From Planctomycetota bacterium (GTDB taxonomy: Bacteria; Planctomycetota; UBA1135; UBA2386), in NCBI GenBank assembly GCA_041398565.1, contig JAWKUN010000002.1, forward strand, positions 1,717,376 to 1,781,375: a stretch of 64,000 nt of DNA, written 5' to 3'. The translations under genes were made by a program, and so were the position numbers. This document shows positions 39,153-47,900 of the stretch, piece by piece. Each line of letters starts with the position of its first letter. The first letter of the stretch is position 1. Under the pieces are notes generated by a model. That model searched no databases and was not told where the DNA came from. It worked only from the letters and a program-made list of their open reading frames with translations.

Positions 39153-39944
39153 TCAGCTGGTGCCGCTCCTTGGCTCGGTCTCCGGTCGCGCGAGATCGGG
39201 CTCACCACAGCCGCGGGCGATGAAGGCGCGCGCCTGCCGCAGCGACGCGGCCGCCATCTGCTCCGGCGACCGAGGGCTGGCCTCGGGCTCCGTCGGGTCG
39301 ATCGGCGCACCGACGGCGACCTCGAGCGAGCCGCGCCGCGGCAAGCGGCGCAAGTCTGGCAGCACGTCACGCGTGCCGCGCAAGGCGATGGGTACCACGT
39401 CAGCGCCGGCGTTCGCTGCCGCGACGAACGCGCCGCGGTGGAAGGCGAGCAGGCCGGGAACGTCGCCGAAGGTGCCCTCGGGGAAGAAGAACAGGCTGTC
39501 TCCCTGGCGCAGGCGCGCGATGGCCTGTGCGGTGGCCGACCCGTTCGAATGGCGCGGGTGGCGGTCGACGAAGAGTGTGCCGAGCCGGTGCAGCGGCCAG
39601 CGCAGGAAGGCCGACCGCGCCAGCTCGCTCTTGGCGACGAAGGCGAACCGGAGAGGCAGCGCTGCCAGCAACACGATCGCGTCGAGCTTGCTGGTGTGGT
39701 TGGCGACGAAGACGCAGGGCAGGCGCAAACGGTGCAGGTGGTCGCGGTCGCGAACCTCCAGGCGGAGGCCGGTCATCCCGATCCACAAGCGCGCGCCGGC
39801 GCGCGCCACGCAGTGGGCCCAGCGGGCGCGAGGCGCCAGGACGATGCAGGGCCAGACGAGTGCGCACAGGACGAAGAAGGTGACGCGCGCATACCAGCCC
39901 CAAGCGGTCCTGGAGTGCGGGGACGTCGTCGCGCGCGCGCCCAT
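39153..39944 (-). CDS. plsC: 1-acyl-sn-glycerol-3-phosphate acyltransferase
   Basis: In-frame ATG at 39944. Acyltransferase motifs NHTSKLD (NHxxxxD) and FFPEGT are present. N-terminal TM helix. Confidence 0.85.
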   Translation of the reverse strand: MGARATTSPHSRTAWGWYARVTFFVLCALVWPCIVLAPRARWAHCVARAGARLWIGMTGLRLEVRDRDHLHRLRLPCVFVANHTSKLDAIVLLAALPLRFAFVAKSELARSAFLRWPLHRLGTLFVDRHPRHSNGSATAQAIARLRQGDSLFFFPEGTFGDVPGLLAFHRGAFVAAANAGADVVPIALRGTRDVLPDLRRLPRRGSLEVAVGAPIDPTEPEASPRSPEQMAAASLRQARAFIARGCGEPDLARPETEPRSGTS

Positions 39945-40339
39945 CGTGTCCTCGCCGAACCCCGTCGACGGCCTGAGAGTTTCAGGCCGCACCGCGGGTC
40001 GCGATGGCCGTGTTGCCTCTTGTTCTCCGATGGTCTCGACTCGACGGGCGGCACGTTGCGTTTGCGCCGTGCACGGCGGTTTGTCATCCCTGGCACCGCC
40101 ACTCCGGCCATCGGTGCCGACGGAACCGGTGGGCACCGCCTCTCGCGGAACGCGTCGAGCGACAGGACTTGTTCGGCGGCAGCTCTTCGAGCTGGGCCGG
40201 CCCGGCCGCGGCGCAACGCGAACATGTGTTGGCGCGTCGCCCCTGTTCCTCGCCGAAAACCGTGGCTTGCCGACGGGGTTCCGCGCACCATGCGACTGGC
40301 CCGCCGATCAGTGACGGCGGCCGTGGAGTTGGAGAACCC

Positions 40340-41665
40340 ATGCGAACGAGAGATCTCGTCTTCGCCATCCTTGCCTCCGCCCCGTTCGGGGTCGCTCAGC
40401 TGCCCGTGTGGCAACAGAAGTTCCCGCCGTCGACACCGGGTGGCCTCCTCGCGATGTCCTACGACGATGTCGGGCAGCGCACGCTCGGCATCGACTACGA
40501 CACGTCGAACCGGATCCGCGTCTGGACGTGGAGTGGGACCACTTGGAACGTGCGAGCCACCCAGGGCGGTCCGACCTCGGGGTCCTCGTCGGTGACCGCG
40601 TGCTTCGACAGCCGCAGGGCGGTGCTCGTCATGGTCCGCTTCACGGGCGCCACGATCGAAACGTGGGAGCTCGCCGGGACGGACACGTGGACGCGCACGT
40701 TCCCGACCGGCGCCCCATCGTTGGGCGTGGATCGCATGAGCTTGCACTACTCGCGCGCCGGGGCGGTGAGCATCCTCGTCGGGCAGGCTTCGACGTCGGC
40801 GCCGGTCGCCGTGTACCACTATTCGCCGTCGTCCTGGCAGCTGCGGTCGACGACCGGTGCCCCGACGGCCGGAGCGGGCAACACCGCCTACGACACGCGT
40901 CGCGACCGGATCGTGCTGTTCAGCGGCACCTCGACGGTCGCGGACACGTGGGAGTTCGACGGCGTCAGCTGGACGCGCCAGCAGCCGGCCAACAGTCCTC
41001 CCGCCCGTGTGAGCACGGCCATGGCGTTCGATCCCACGCGTGGCCGCTGCGTGCTGCAGGGTGGCAACGTCGGCAACCCGTTCACGTGGGAGTGGGACGG
41101 CAGCAACTGGCAGATCAACCTGGCAGCGCCGCCGGCGGCGCAGAACGGCCGCATGGCGCACGACGCGCTGCGTGGCCGCATGGTCTTCGTCGGGGTCGGC
41201 GGCCCGCTCGAGACGTGGGAGTATTTCGTTCCCCGTCAGGCAACGCACGTCCCGTTCGGCACGGCATGCGCTGGGTCCGGCGGCCTGCCGACCCTGGCTG
41301 CCAGCGCTGGCAGTCTGCCGTGGCTCGGCGAGACGCTCACGTGCACCCTGACCAACCTGCCGACTTCGCCACTCTCGGTGCCGTTCGGCCTGCTCGGCAG
41401 CTCCACGCAGACGTGGCTCGGCGTGCCGTTGCCCTTCGACATGGGAGTGTTCGGCGCCACCGGTTGCACGCTCTACACCTCGGTCGAGGTCAGCGTCCAG
41501 CTCGCGAACGCCGGCGGCACCGCACAGTGGCAGGTCGCGATCCCGGCCACCGTCGCCTTGCGCGGGGCGTTCTTCTACCAGCAGGCGCTGGTGCTGGATC
41601 CCTCGGCCAATCGGTTCGGCGCCACTCTCACCAACGCAGCACGCGCGGTGATCGGCGACCGCTGA
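40340..41665 (+). CDS. secreted Kelch-like beta-propeller protein with shared FG.GC C-terminal module
   Basis: ATG at 40340 with GGAG upstream. Signal peptide MRTRDLVFAILASAPFGVAQ. Repeated W-rich blades (RVWTWSGTTWN, ETWELAGTDTWT, DTWEFDGVSWT, FTWEWDGSNWQ, ETWEY). The last 136 aa form the shared tail. Confidence 0.75.
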   Translation: MRTRDLVFAILASAPFGVAQLPVWQQKFPPSTPGGLLAMSYDDVGQRTLGIDYDTSNRIRVWTWSGTTWNVRATQGGPTSGSSSVTACFDSRRAVLVMVRFTGATIETWELAGTDTWTRTFPTGAPSLGVDRMSLHYSRAGAVSILVGQASTSAPVAVYHYSPSSWQLRSTTGAPTAGAGNTAYDTRRDRIVLFSGTSTVADTWEFDGVSWTRQQPANSPPARVSTAMAFDPTRGRCVLQGGNVGNPFTWEWDGSNWQINLAAPPAAQNGRMAHDALRGRMVFVGVGGPLETWEYFVPRQATHVPFGTACAGSGGLPTLAASAGSLPWLGETLTCTLTNLPTSPLSVPFGLLGSSTQTWLGVPLPFDMGVFGATGCTLYTSVEVSVQLANAGGTAQWQVAIPATVALRGAFFYQQALVLDPSANRFGATLTNAARAVIGDR

Positions 41666-42307
41666 GCGCTGTCTCCAGTGGTCGTCGGGGCCGTCAGGTG
41701 TCTGGCGGCCGGACGTCGGATCGCTACGTGCGGCTTCCTGCCCGAGGCGCCCCGGCAGCGTGTCAGCGCCAAGTCCGTCGCGCTGTTCGCAGCCCACCGC
41801 TCGCGGCACGGCCAGTTGGAAACCGCCACGTGAACTTGCCAAGCTGACTCGATTCCGGAGCACAAGCGGTACGCGTTGAGTCCGCCAGGAAACGGGAGTA
41901 GCTTCTGCGCCGCGTAACCCGCTGCGGCGCATTCCCCTCAAAGAGTCAGCGCCGTATCCCACCCCCGCGAGCTCGATACTCCGGGGGTCGACTTTCGTAC
42001 GCAGCGCCGCGCTTCCGCGCCACGCTGTCGCGCCGCGAGTCCGAGGAACCAGATCTACGCCTCCGGCACGATCGGAGAACCAGATCCAGGTCACCGCGTC
42101 GTCGGATTGCTCCGGTCGCTCAGCCGGGCTTCGGACCGGACCAGTGTGGCCATCGACAACTCCTTCGGCCCAGCAGAGCGCGGCTGCCTACACGGAGAAC
42201 GAGTCGGCGACTTGGAGCTGCATGGCACCTCGACGTCCGAAGCGATCGATCCCAACGAGTTGTCCGTCGGCAGACACGGCGTCGGCAGGAGCGATCTGAC
42301 GAGATGG

Positions 42308-42748
42308 TCATTCTTCAGGGGCCTTTTTCTTCGTTGCGTGCCGTTCGGCCGAGGTAAGCATCGTGACCCTGCCCTTGGCATCGACACCCGCGACGAACGG
42401 GATCGCGTAGTCGCGCAGCTTCTTGCGAATGCGCGGGTAGGCGCGCGCGAAGGCCTCGGCCGTGGCTGCGCCGCTGAGATTGCCACTCGTGAGTACGAAG
42501 GCCGCTACCCTGGCCGCCAGCAACGCGTCGAATTCTACCCGCCGCCGCCGGATGCGCTGGTCCTTCGTGAGGACGACCCAGCCTCGCCGTCCGACCTCAC
42601 TGAGCCACTCGTGGTCCGGCGTCGAGGCGTCGAAGTGGTCTTGGAGGAGTTCGACTCGGACCTTGTGAGCTCGAAGTGCTGCCGGGACGCTCGTCGAGCC
42701 GAGACACGCGTCGAGGAACAGGACTGGCTCAGGCAGCGGCCGGGCCAA
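42308..42748 (-). CDS. PIN-like (DUF5615/Mut7-C-type) putative toxin
   Basis: 146 aa. The start PVLFLDACLG and the later VVLTKDQRI fit the acidic-residue layout of PIN-like nucleases. It overlaps the upstream DUF433 gene by 20 nt. Confidence 0.6.
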   Translation of the reverse strand: MARPLPEPVLFLDACLGSTSVPAALRAHKVRVELLQDHFDASTPDHEWLSEVGRRGWVVLTKDQRIRRRRVEFDALLAARVAAFVLTSGNLSGAATAEAFARAYPRIRKKLRDYAIPFVAGVDAKGRVTMLTSAERHATKKKAPEE

Positions 42749-43430
42749 ACCACTTCCTCACCAGGTCCTCGATCGTGTCGCGGTCGACGCGGTAGTCGGT
42801 GGCGAGGTGTCGCATCAAGTCTCCGGCCCGGTAGCGATCGAGGATCACGTCGACGGGTACTCGGGTGGACGCGAGTACCGGCTGACCGAACGCGATCTGC
42901 GGATCGATCGACACGAGTCGTGGTTCGTGCGGATCGCGCCGCCATGGAAACATGCGGGCAGCGACTCCCGCGGCGTCGCGCTCGATCCGAGTAAGACCAG
43001 CTTCCATGATTTCGCGCATGGCGAGCTGGCCGTGGCGAGACACATCGACGAGCTTGCCGTAGCGCTCGACGAACAGTCCGACCCCATCGGTGCTGAATTC
43101 CTGCTCGATCAGCGGGCGCTCCTTGCCTAGCTCCTTCGCCACGTAGTCGAGTGCGCGACGGACCTTCTGCAGCGAGATGTCGTGTCGCTTGCGGATAGTT
43201 GCGAGGACGCTGCACTCGACCAGATTCCAGAAGGACAACCCGAACGGATCGATGCTCGCGGGATGCACTACCGGTGACGCACGGCGGGGACCGGATTGGG
43301 TCCGGTAGTTCTGGCCCCGTAACCAGACGCGCAGCGTGTTGGGCACGAGCCCGAGCCAGCGCGCTGACTCGGCCAGCGTGTAGTTCGGCAGGTCGCGCGG
43401 GTCGGGGAGTGGCTGGGAACGCTTCGTCAC
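42729..43430 (-). CDS. HTH + DUF433 domain protein (putative antitoxin)
   Basis: GTG at 43430 preceded by AAGAG. N-terminal HTH-like segment YTLAESARWLGLVPNTLRVWL. C-terminal DUF433-like segment IDPQIAFGQPVLASTRVPVDVILDRYRAGDLMRHLATDY. Confidence 0.7.
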   Translation of the reverse strand: MTKRSQPLPDPRDLPNYTLAESARWLGLVPNTLRVWLRGQNYRTQSGPRRASPVVHPASIDPFGLSFWNLVECSVLATIRKRHDISLQKVRRALDYVAKELGKERPLIEQEFSTDGVGLFVERYGKLVDVSRHGQLAMREIMEAGLTRIERDAAGVAARMFPWRRDPHEPRLVSIDPQIAFGQPVLASTRVPVDVILDRYRAGDLMRHLATDYRVDRDTIEDLVRKWFGPAAA

Positions 43431-43904
43431 GGCTGACTCTTTGGCAACAGCGATCACAACTCTACCACTGACGATCACGCGTGCGATCCTTGGTAGCACG
43501 GCGCCGCTGGGGTGCCGAATCCAGTTCCAGGCGTTCCTTCGCCTCGCTCTCGCCCAGATCCATCTGCCAGCGCTGCCGCTCGTCACGCAGGCTTCGGATG
43601 CGGAGCAGCGTCGACGTCGCGTTCGACCTCCTCGAGGATGCCACGCAGATCCCAGACGGTGTAGGCAGCCATTGCCGGACGTCCGATTGCCTCGACCGAC
43701 GCTCTCGGTGTTCCGTCCCAGGGTGCGGAGTGGCAGGCGCGGTCCCTGCGGCCAAACGTGCGGGTTGAGCGCCCATCGGCCTCCTGATCCAAAATCACGC
43801 CCGCAGTGCAGACACGAAGGGGAGTCGCCCCGAGCGGATCGCGGCGGAGCCGTGCACGGCTCGCCAGACCCTCTCCTCGACACCACCTCTCGCGCAGCGA
43901 GAGG

Positions 43905-43980
43905 TGGTGGAGAGTAGGGGAGTCGAACCCCTGACCTCGACAATGCCATTGTCGCGCTCTACCAACTGAGCTAACTCCCC
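43905..43980 (-). tRNA. tRNA-Ala (anticodon GGC), CCA encoded
   Basis: Reverse complement folds as acceptor GGGGAGT/ACTCTCC with the G3:U70 Ala identity pair. Anticodon arm CGACA-ATGGCAT-TGTCG, T arm AGGGG-TTCGACT-CCCCT. Confidence 0.93.
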
Positions 43981-44225
43981 ACCGGGAGCCGGGCGCTGGA
44001 TCGGAGCGCCACAGGGGCGGCCGACGCTAGCGAGAACGGGCGCGGGTGCAAGCACGGCTAGGCGCATTTTTCGCGTCGGTTCACCGTCGACCCATCTGGC
44101 GTGGCCAGAGCCTCGGCGCTACTTTCTCCCCCGCGCATCGTGGTCAGCGGTGTGCTCCGCGCGAGCGGAAACTTCTGAACAGATTTCAAGGCGGTCCGAG
44201 TCCTCGTGCTCGGGCGGAGGCAACC

Positions 44226-45290
44226 GTGGTCAAGAAGACTTCGCTGTTGGACAAGTTGGTTGGGCGCTGGCGCACGTCAGCGGGGGTCGAGGTGCACGAG
44301 GGGTCGCGCGCGACTTCAGGGTCGAGTTCGACCACCAGCCGGATCTCGGGGCAGCAGCCCTCATCGAAGGCCCAGACGGGGCTGCCGGCGCAGCCCAAGG
44401 CCCAGGCTCGTCCGGTCGAGCCGGAAGTGGCGGAAGTGTTGGCGCAACCCATGCTCGACCGAGCCAGCGGGCGCAAACTCAGCGTCAAGGAAGAGGCGCT
44501 CCTGACGATGGACGGCGGGCTCAAGGAACTCGCCAGCCTGATGCGTGGCGTGCAGGTGCGACTCGATGCCGAGGGTGCCCAAGTCGGGGCCTTGGCCGAG
44601 GACATCAAGCTGCTGCCGGCGCTCGGTCAGGCGCAGCTCGAGGCCCTGCGCGCGGTGGCGGCGCAGCTCGAGCAGCAGGGGTTGACCAACGAGAGGCTCG
44701 TGCAGTCGGTGGCCGACCTGCCCGCCGCGCTGACCGGTCTGCGCGCAACGCTCGACCGCGTCGTCGCGACGGACGAGCGCACTGCGAGCACGCTCTCGGA
44801 GTTCCGCACGGCGATGGACAGCATCCACTCGGCGATGCGCGAGACGGTCGAGCACGCGCGCGCGCAGGGTGAACGCAGCGACAGTGCGCTGCGCGCTCAG
44901 GACGCCCGCGCCGAACGTGTCGTCGAGTCGCTGCAGCAGGTGGTGCGCGGCCAACAGGACCGCACCGAGCGCCTGGCGAGTTCGGTCGAGCAGCTGGCCA
45001 GCGGCCAGCAGGGGCAGGCCGATCGGCTGGCCCGCTCCGTCGACGCGGCGATCACGTCGGCCGTGCAGGGTGTCAACCGCGACGGCGGCGAGTTGCGCGA
45101 CGCAGTGAAGGGGCTGCAGCGCAGCCACGAGGACTCGAGCAAGGCACTGCGTCTGGCGCACGAGGATCAGGCCACGCGCTTGCAGCGCATCGTCGAGGAC
45201 GGGCAGCGCGGCAACCGCAACACGTTGGTCGTGCTGGTGCTCATCTTCGTGGCGATCCTGGCGGCGGCCGGCCTTCTCCTGTTCCGGTGA
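44226..45290 (+). CDS. coiled-coil protein with C-terminal TM anchor
   Basis: GTG at 44226 with GGAGG 5 nt upstream. Long Gln/Ala/Arg/Glu-rich heptad-like sequence, ending LVVLVLIFVAILAAAGLLLFR. Confidence 0.6.
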   Translation: MVKKTSLLDKLVGRWRTSAGVEVHEGSRATSGSSSTTSRISGQQPSSKAQTGLPAQPKAQARPVEPEVAEVLAQPMLDRASGRKLSVKEEALLTMDGGLKELASLMRGVQVRLDAEGAQVGALAEDIKLLPALGQAQLEALRAVAAQLEQQGLTNERLVQSVADLPAALTGLRATLDRVVATDERTASTLSEFRTAMDSIHSAMRETVEHARAQGERSDSALRAQDARAERVVESLQQVVRGQQDRTERLASSVEQLASGQQGQADRLARSVDAAITSAVQGVNRDGGELRDAVKGLQRSHEDSSKALRLAHEDQATRLQRIVEDGQRGNRNTLVVLVLIFVAILAAAGLLLFR

Positions 45291-45434
45291 GGGCGCGCCG
45301 GGGCGCGTCGAGCCAGAGCCTGTTCGCTTCTGTGGCGACGTCGCGGTCGAGCCAAGAGGTGCGCCGCGTGCGCGGACCGGTGCGGTCCGCGAGCCGGGCG
45401 TTCTCGGTACGGCGAGGATGAGTGGCCCGCAGCC

Positions 45435-46061
45435 ATGATCCGTGCTTCGCGTCTCGGCCTCGTGCACCTGGTTCGCCACGGTGAGACCGTCGGCGAGTCG
45501 GCCGTGCGCTACTGGGGGCGAACCGATCTGGCACTGTCCGAGGTCGGACGGGCGCAGGTGCGTGGACTCGCCGCCGCCTTGCCGGCGCCGCGCGTCGACG
45601 TGGTCGTGCACTCCCCGCTGCGGCGTGCGGTCGAGTCGGCGCAGATCCTGATCGAGCACTGGCAGCTCGGGCAGGCCGCCGTCCGCGTCGAACCCGGCTT
45701 CGGCGAGGTCGATTTCGGTGACTTCGAGGGGCTCACTCGCGACGAGATCGCGGCGCGAGACCCGGCTTGGTTCGCGACCTGGGAACGCGGAGAGCACGTA
45801 GGCTTCCCGGGCGGCGACACCCTGGCTGCTTTCTCGGCGCGCGTCGGTGCCGCGTTCGAACGAGTCCAGACCGAGCTGGCCGGCGACCTGTTGGTCGTGG
45901 TGCATCGCGGTGTGATCCGACAGATCGCCAACGCGCTGGTGCCCGGCGCGGGCGACCAGCCGACGCACTTGGCCAGTCTGTCGACCCTCGACGTGCCGGA
46001 CGCGCGCGTCGTCAGGTGGAACGAGCGCGGCGACGAGAACGCAGACCCGCGACCACGTTGA
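45435..46061 (+). CDS. histidine phosphatase family protein (phosphoglycerate-mutase-like)
   Basis: The LVRHGET catalytic motif is near the N-terminus, with a later VVVHRGVIR block. 208 aa. Confidence 0.85.
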   Translation: MIRASRLGLVHLVRHGETVGESAVRYWGRTDLALSEVGRAQVRGLAAALPAPRVDVVVHSPLRRAVESAQILIEHWQLGQAAVRVEPGFGEVDFGDFEGLTRDEIAARDPAWFATWERGEHVGFPGGDTLAAFSARVGAAFERVQTELAGDLLVVVHRGVIRQIANALVPGAGDQPTHLASLSTLDVPDARVVRWNERGDENADPRPR

Positions 46062-46188
46062 CCGGTGCGCCGGGTGGTGTGGCATCGGCCCGGCCCGAGG
46101 CTGCGACGCGGCCCGGCGGAGTATGCCGACTTGGCTGTGGCCGGCGGACTCGTGCTCTCGAGGGCGGGCAGCAATGGGGTTTGAAGCA

Positions 46189-46255
46189 GTCCGACACAAA
46201 TTGTTGTCGGTCTCTTGACGCTCCGGACGCGTTCCGACAGTATTTGTTGTCGGTC
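46189..46255. promoter_or_regulatory. two tandem inverted-repeat operator-like sites (CCGACA-N8-TGTCGG) bracketing a promoter-like TTGACG
   Basis: Site 1 is GTCCGACACAAATTGTTGTCGGTC (46189-46212). Site 2 is GTTCCGACAGTATTTGTTGTCGGTC (46231-46255). The 12-mer TTGTTGTCGGTC is repeated exactly, with centres about 43 bp apart. TTGACG lies at 46215-46220. The sites are 19 nt upstream of the SRPBCC-ArsR operon. Confidence 0.45.
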
Positions 46256-46273
46256 AACACCGAGCCCAAGATC

Positions 46274-47191
46274 ATGTCCGAATCTCCTTCCCCGTCCCCG
46301 TCCCCGACATCGCGCTCGCCGCAACCCGATCGCACCGTAGCGGCTCCCTCTGCTCCGTCGCTGTCGGCCCCTGGTCCGACCCCGCGCCAGTTCGCCTTCG
46401 ACCTCGACATCGACGCCCCCCGCGACGCGGTGTGGCGCGCCTTGGTCGACCCGCGCGAGATCGAGCGCTGGTTCGCACCCGATGCCACCGTCGAGCCGCG
46501 CCTGGGCGGGCGTCTGACGTGGCGTTGGCGCGACTTGCACACCTGGGTGTGCACCATCGAAACCTGGCAGCCGGGCGAGCACCTGCGCCTGCGCTACGAC
46601 TCCGCCGTCGACGACGGCGCCGGCAGCAAGAAGCCGCTCATGATGGACTTCGTGTTGGCGGCACGCGGCAGCATCACGACCCTGCGCCTCGTGCACGCGG
46701 GCTTCGGACCGGAGGCCGACTTCCGCCAGGAGTACGACGGCATCTCGCGCGGTTGGCCGGTGGAGCTGCACAGCTTGAAGCTCTACCTCGAACGTCACCG
46801 CGGCCAAAACCGCGTCGCCACCTGGTTCACCCAGCCGACGCACCTGGCACCCGACGCCTCGTGGGCGCGTCTGGTCGGGCCGCAGGGTCTGGCCGGAGCT
46901 GCCGGCATCGAGGTGCTGCGTCCGGGGGCGCCGTTCGCCCTGCGCACGCCCGACGGCGACGAGTTCCGCGGCACCGCGCTCGTGTGCAGCGCGCGCGAGT
47001 TCACCGGCGTGGTCGACAACCTCCACGGTGCTTGGCTGCGCGTGTCGGTGGAGACGTTCACCGGTGCCAGCGTGCTGTGGTTCTGGCTCGCGACCTACGG
47101 CGAAGATCCGGCGCTGACGCGCGCGCGCGAAGGACGCCTGCGCCGCTTCCTCGCCGACTTGTTCCCTGCGACAGGCGGCGTCGCGCGATGA
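46274..47191 (+). CDS. SRPBCC/AHSA1-family protein with Ser/Pro-rich N-terminus
   Basis: In-frame ATG at 46274. The block IDAPRDAVWRALVDPREIERWF is typical of Aha1/START-like SRPBCC domains. Confidence 0.8.
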   Translation: MSESPSPSPSPTSRSPQPDRTVAAPSAPSLSAPGPTPRQFAFDLDIDAPRDAVWRALVDPREIERWFAPDATVEPRLGGRLTWRWRDLHTWVCTIETWQPGEHLRLRYDSAVDDGAGSKKPLMMDFVLAARGSITTLRLVHAGFGPEADFRQEYDGISRGWPVELHSLKLYLERHRGQNRVATWFTQPTHLAPDASWARLVGPQGLAGAAGIEVLRPGAPFALRTPDGDEFRGTALVCSAREFTGVVDNLHGAWLRVSVETFTGASVLWFWLATYGEDPALTRAREGRLRRFLADLFPATGGVAR

Positions 47192-47772
47192 CAGCCACCA
47201 TCGACGTGGTCGCCGACGCCGAGCGCGCCGTCGTGCTCTTCGACCGCACGCGACTCGAGCTGTTGCGGGCGCTCGACGAGCCGCGCTCGGCGGCGGCGCT
47301 CGGCCGCGCCCTCGACTTGCCGCGGCAACGGGTGAACTACCATCTGCGCGAGCTCGAGCGCGAGCGCCTGGTCGAGTGCGTCGCCGAGCGTGCCCGCGGC
47401 AGCGTCGTCGAGCGCGTGTACCGGCGCAGCGGCCAGCGCTACGTGGTGTCGGGCGCGGCGCTCGGCGCCTTGAGCGCCCGACCGGACGCCGTCGCCGATC
47501 GCTTCTCCAGCGACTACCAGATGGCGTTGGCGTCGCGCGCGGTGGAGGAGCTCGGCGCGCTGCAGGCCGGCGCCGCTGCCGCCGGCCAGGCTCTCCCCAC
47601 CCTGTCCTTGTCGGTCGAAGTGGCGTTCGCCACGCCCGGCGAGCGCAGTGCCTTCGCCGAGGAGCTGGCCGACTCCGTGGCGACTCTCGTGCAGAAGTAC
47701 CACGCCGGAAACGACGCCGGCGCTCGCACCTACCGCCTGTATCTCGGCGCCTACCCCAAGCCGCGCGGCTGA
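47188..47772 (+). CDS. ArsR-family winged-helix transcriptional regulator
   Basis: The ATG overlaps the upstream stop (ATGA). TRLELLRALDEPRSAAALGRALDLPRQRVNYHLRELERERLV is a classic ArsR/SmtB HTH. Confidence 0.8.
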   Translation: MTATIDVVADAERAVVLFDRTRLELLRALDEPRSAAALGRALDLPRQRVNYHLRELERERLVECVAERARGSVVERVYRRSGQRYVVSGAALGALSARPDAVADRFSSDYQMALASRAVEELGALQAGAAAAGQALPTLSLSVEVAFATPGERSAFAEELADSVATLVQKYHAGNDAGARTYRLYLGAYPKPRG

Positions 47773-47900
47773 GCCCGACGGATTTCGCCGCCGATCGCCA
47801 GTGCGGGCTTTGCAGGCGCCGGCGCGTCGCGAAGATGCTCGATCCGCTGCCGCTCGCTCCCTGCGATCCGCCGCTTCGCGACGACCCTCCGATCGACACG

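Noticed and set aside
41666-43904. Searched by eye for a direct repeat of the tRNA-Ala 3' end (att site), or for integrase or transposase fragments.
   Set aside because: No repeat longer than a few nucleotides and no integrase-like frame was found. The island idea is therefore kept only as a low-confidence inference.
45288-45437. The coiled-coil gene (stop TGA at 45288-45290) and the histidine phosphatase gene (45435) are in the same frame with no further stop between them, which hinted at a second UGA readthrough.
   Set aside because: The upstream protein ends naturally in a TM tail-anchor. The intervening translation is Arg/Cys/Ala junk. No hairpin follows the TGA, and the phosphatase has its own normal N-terminus.
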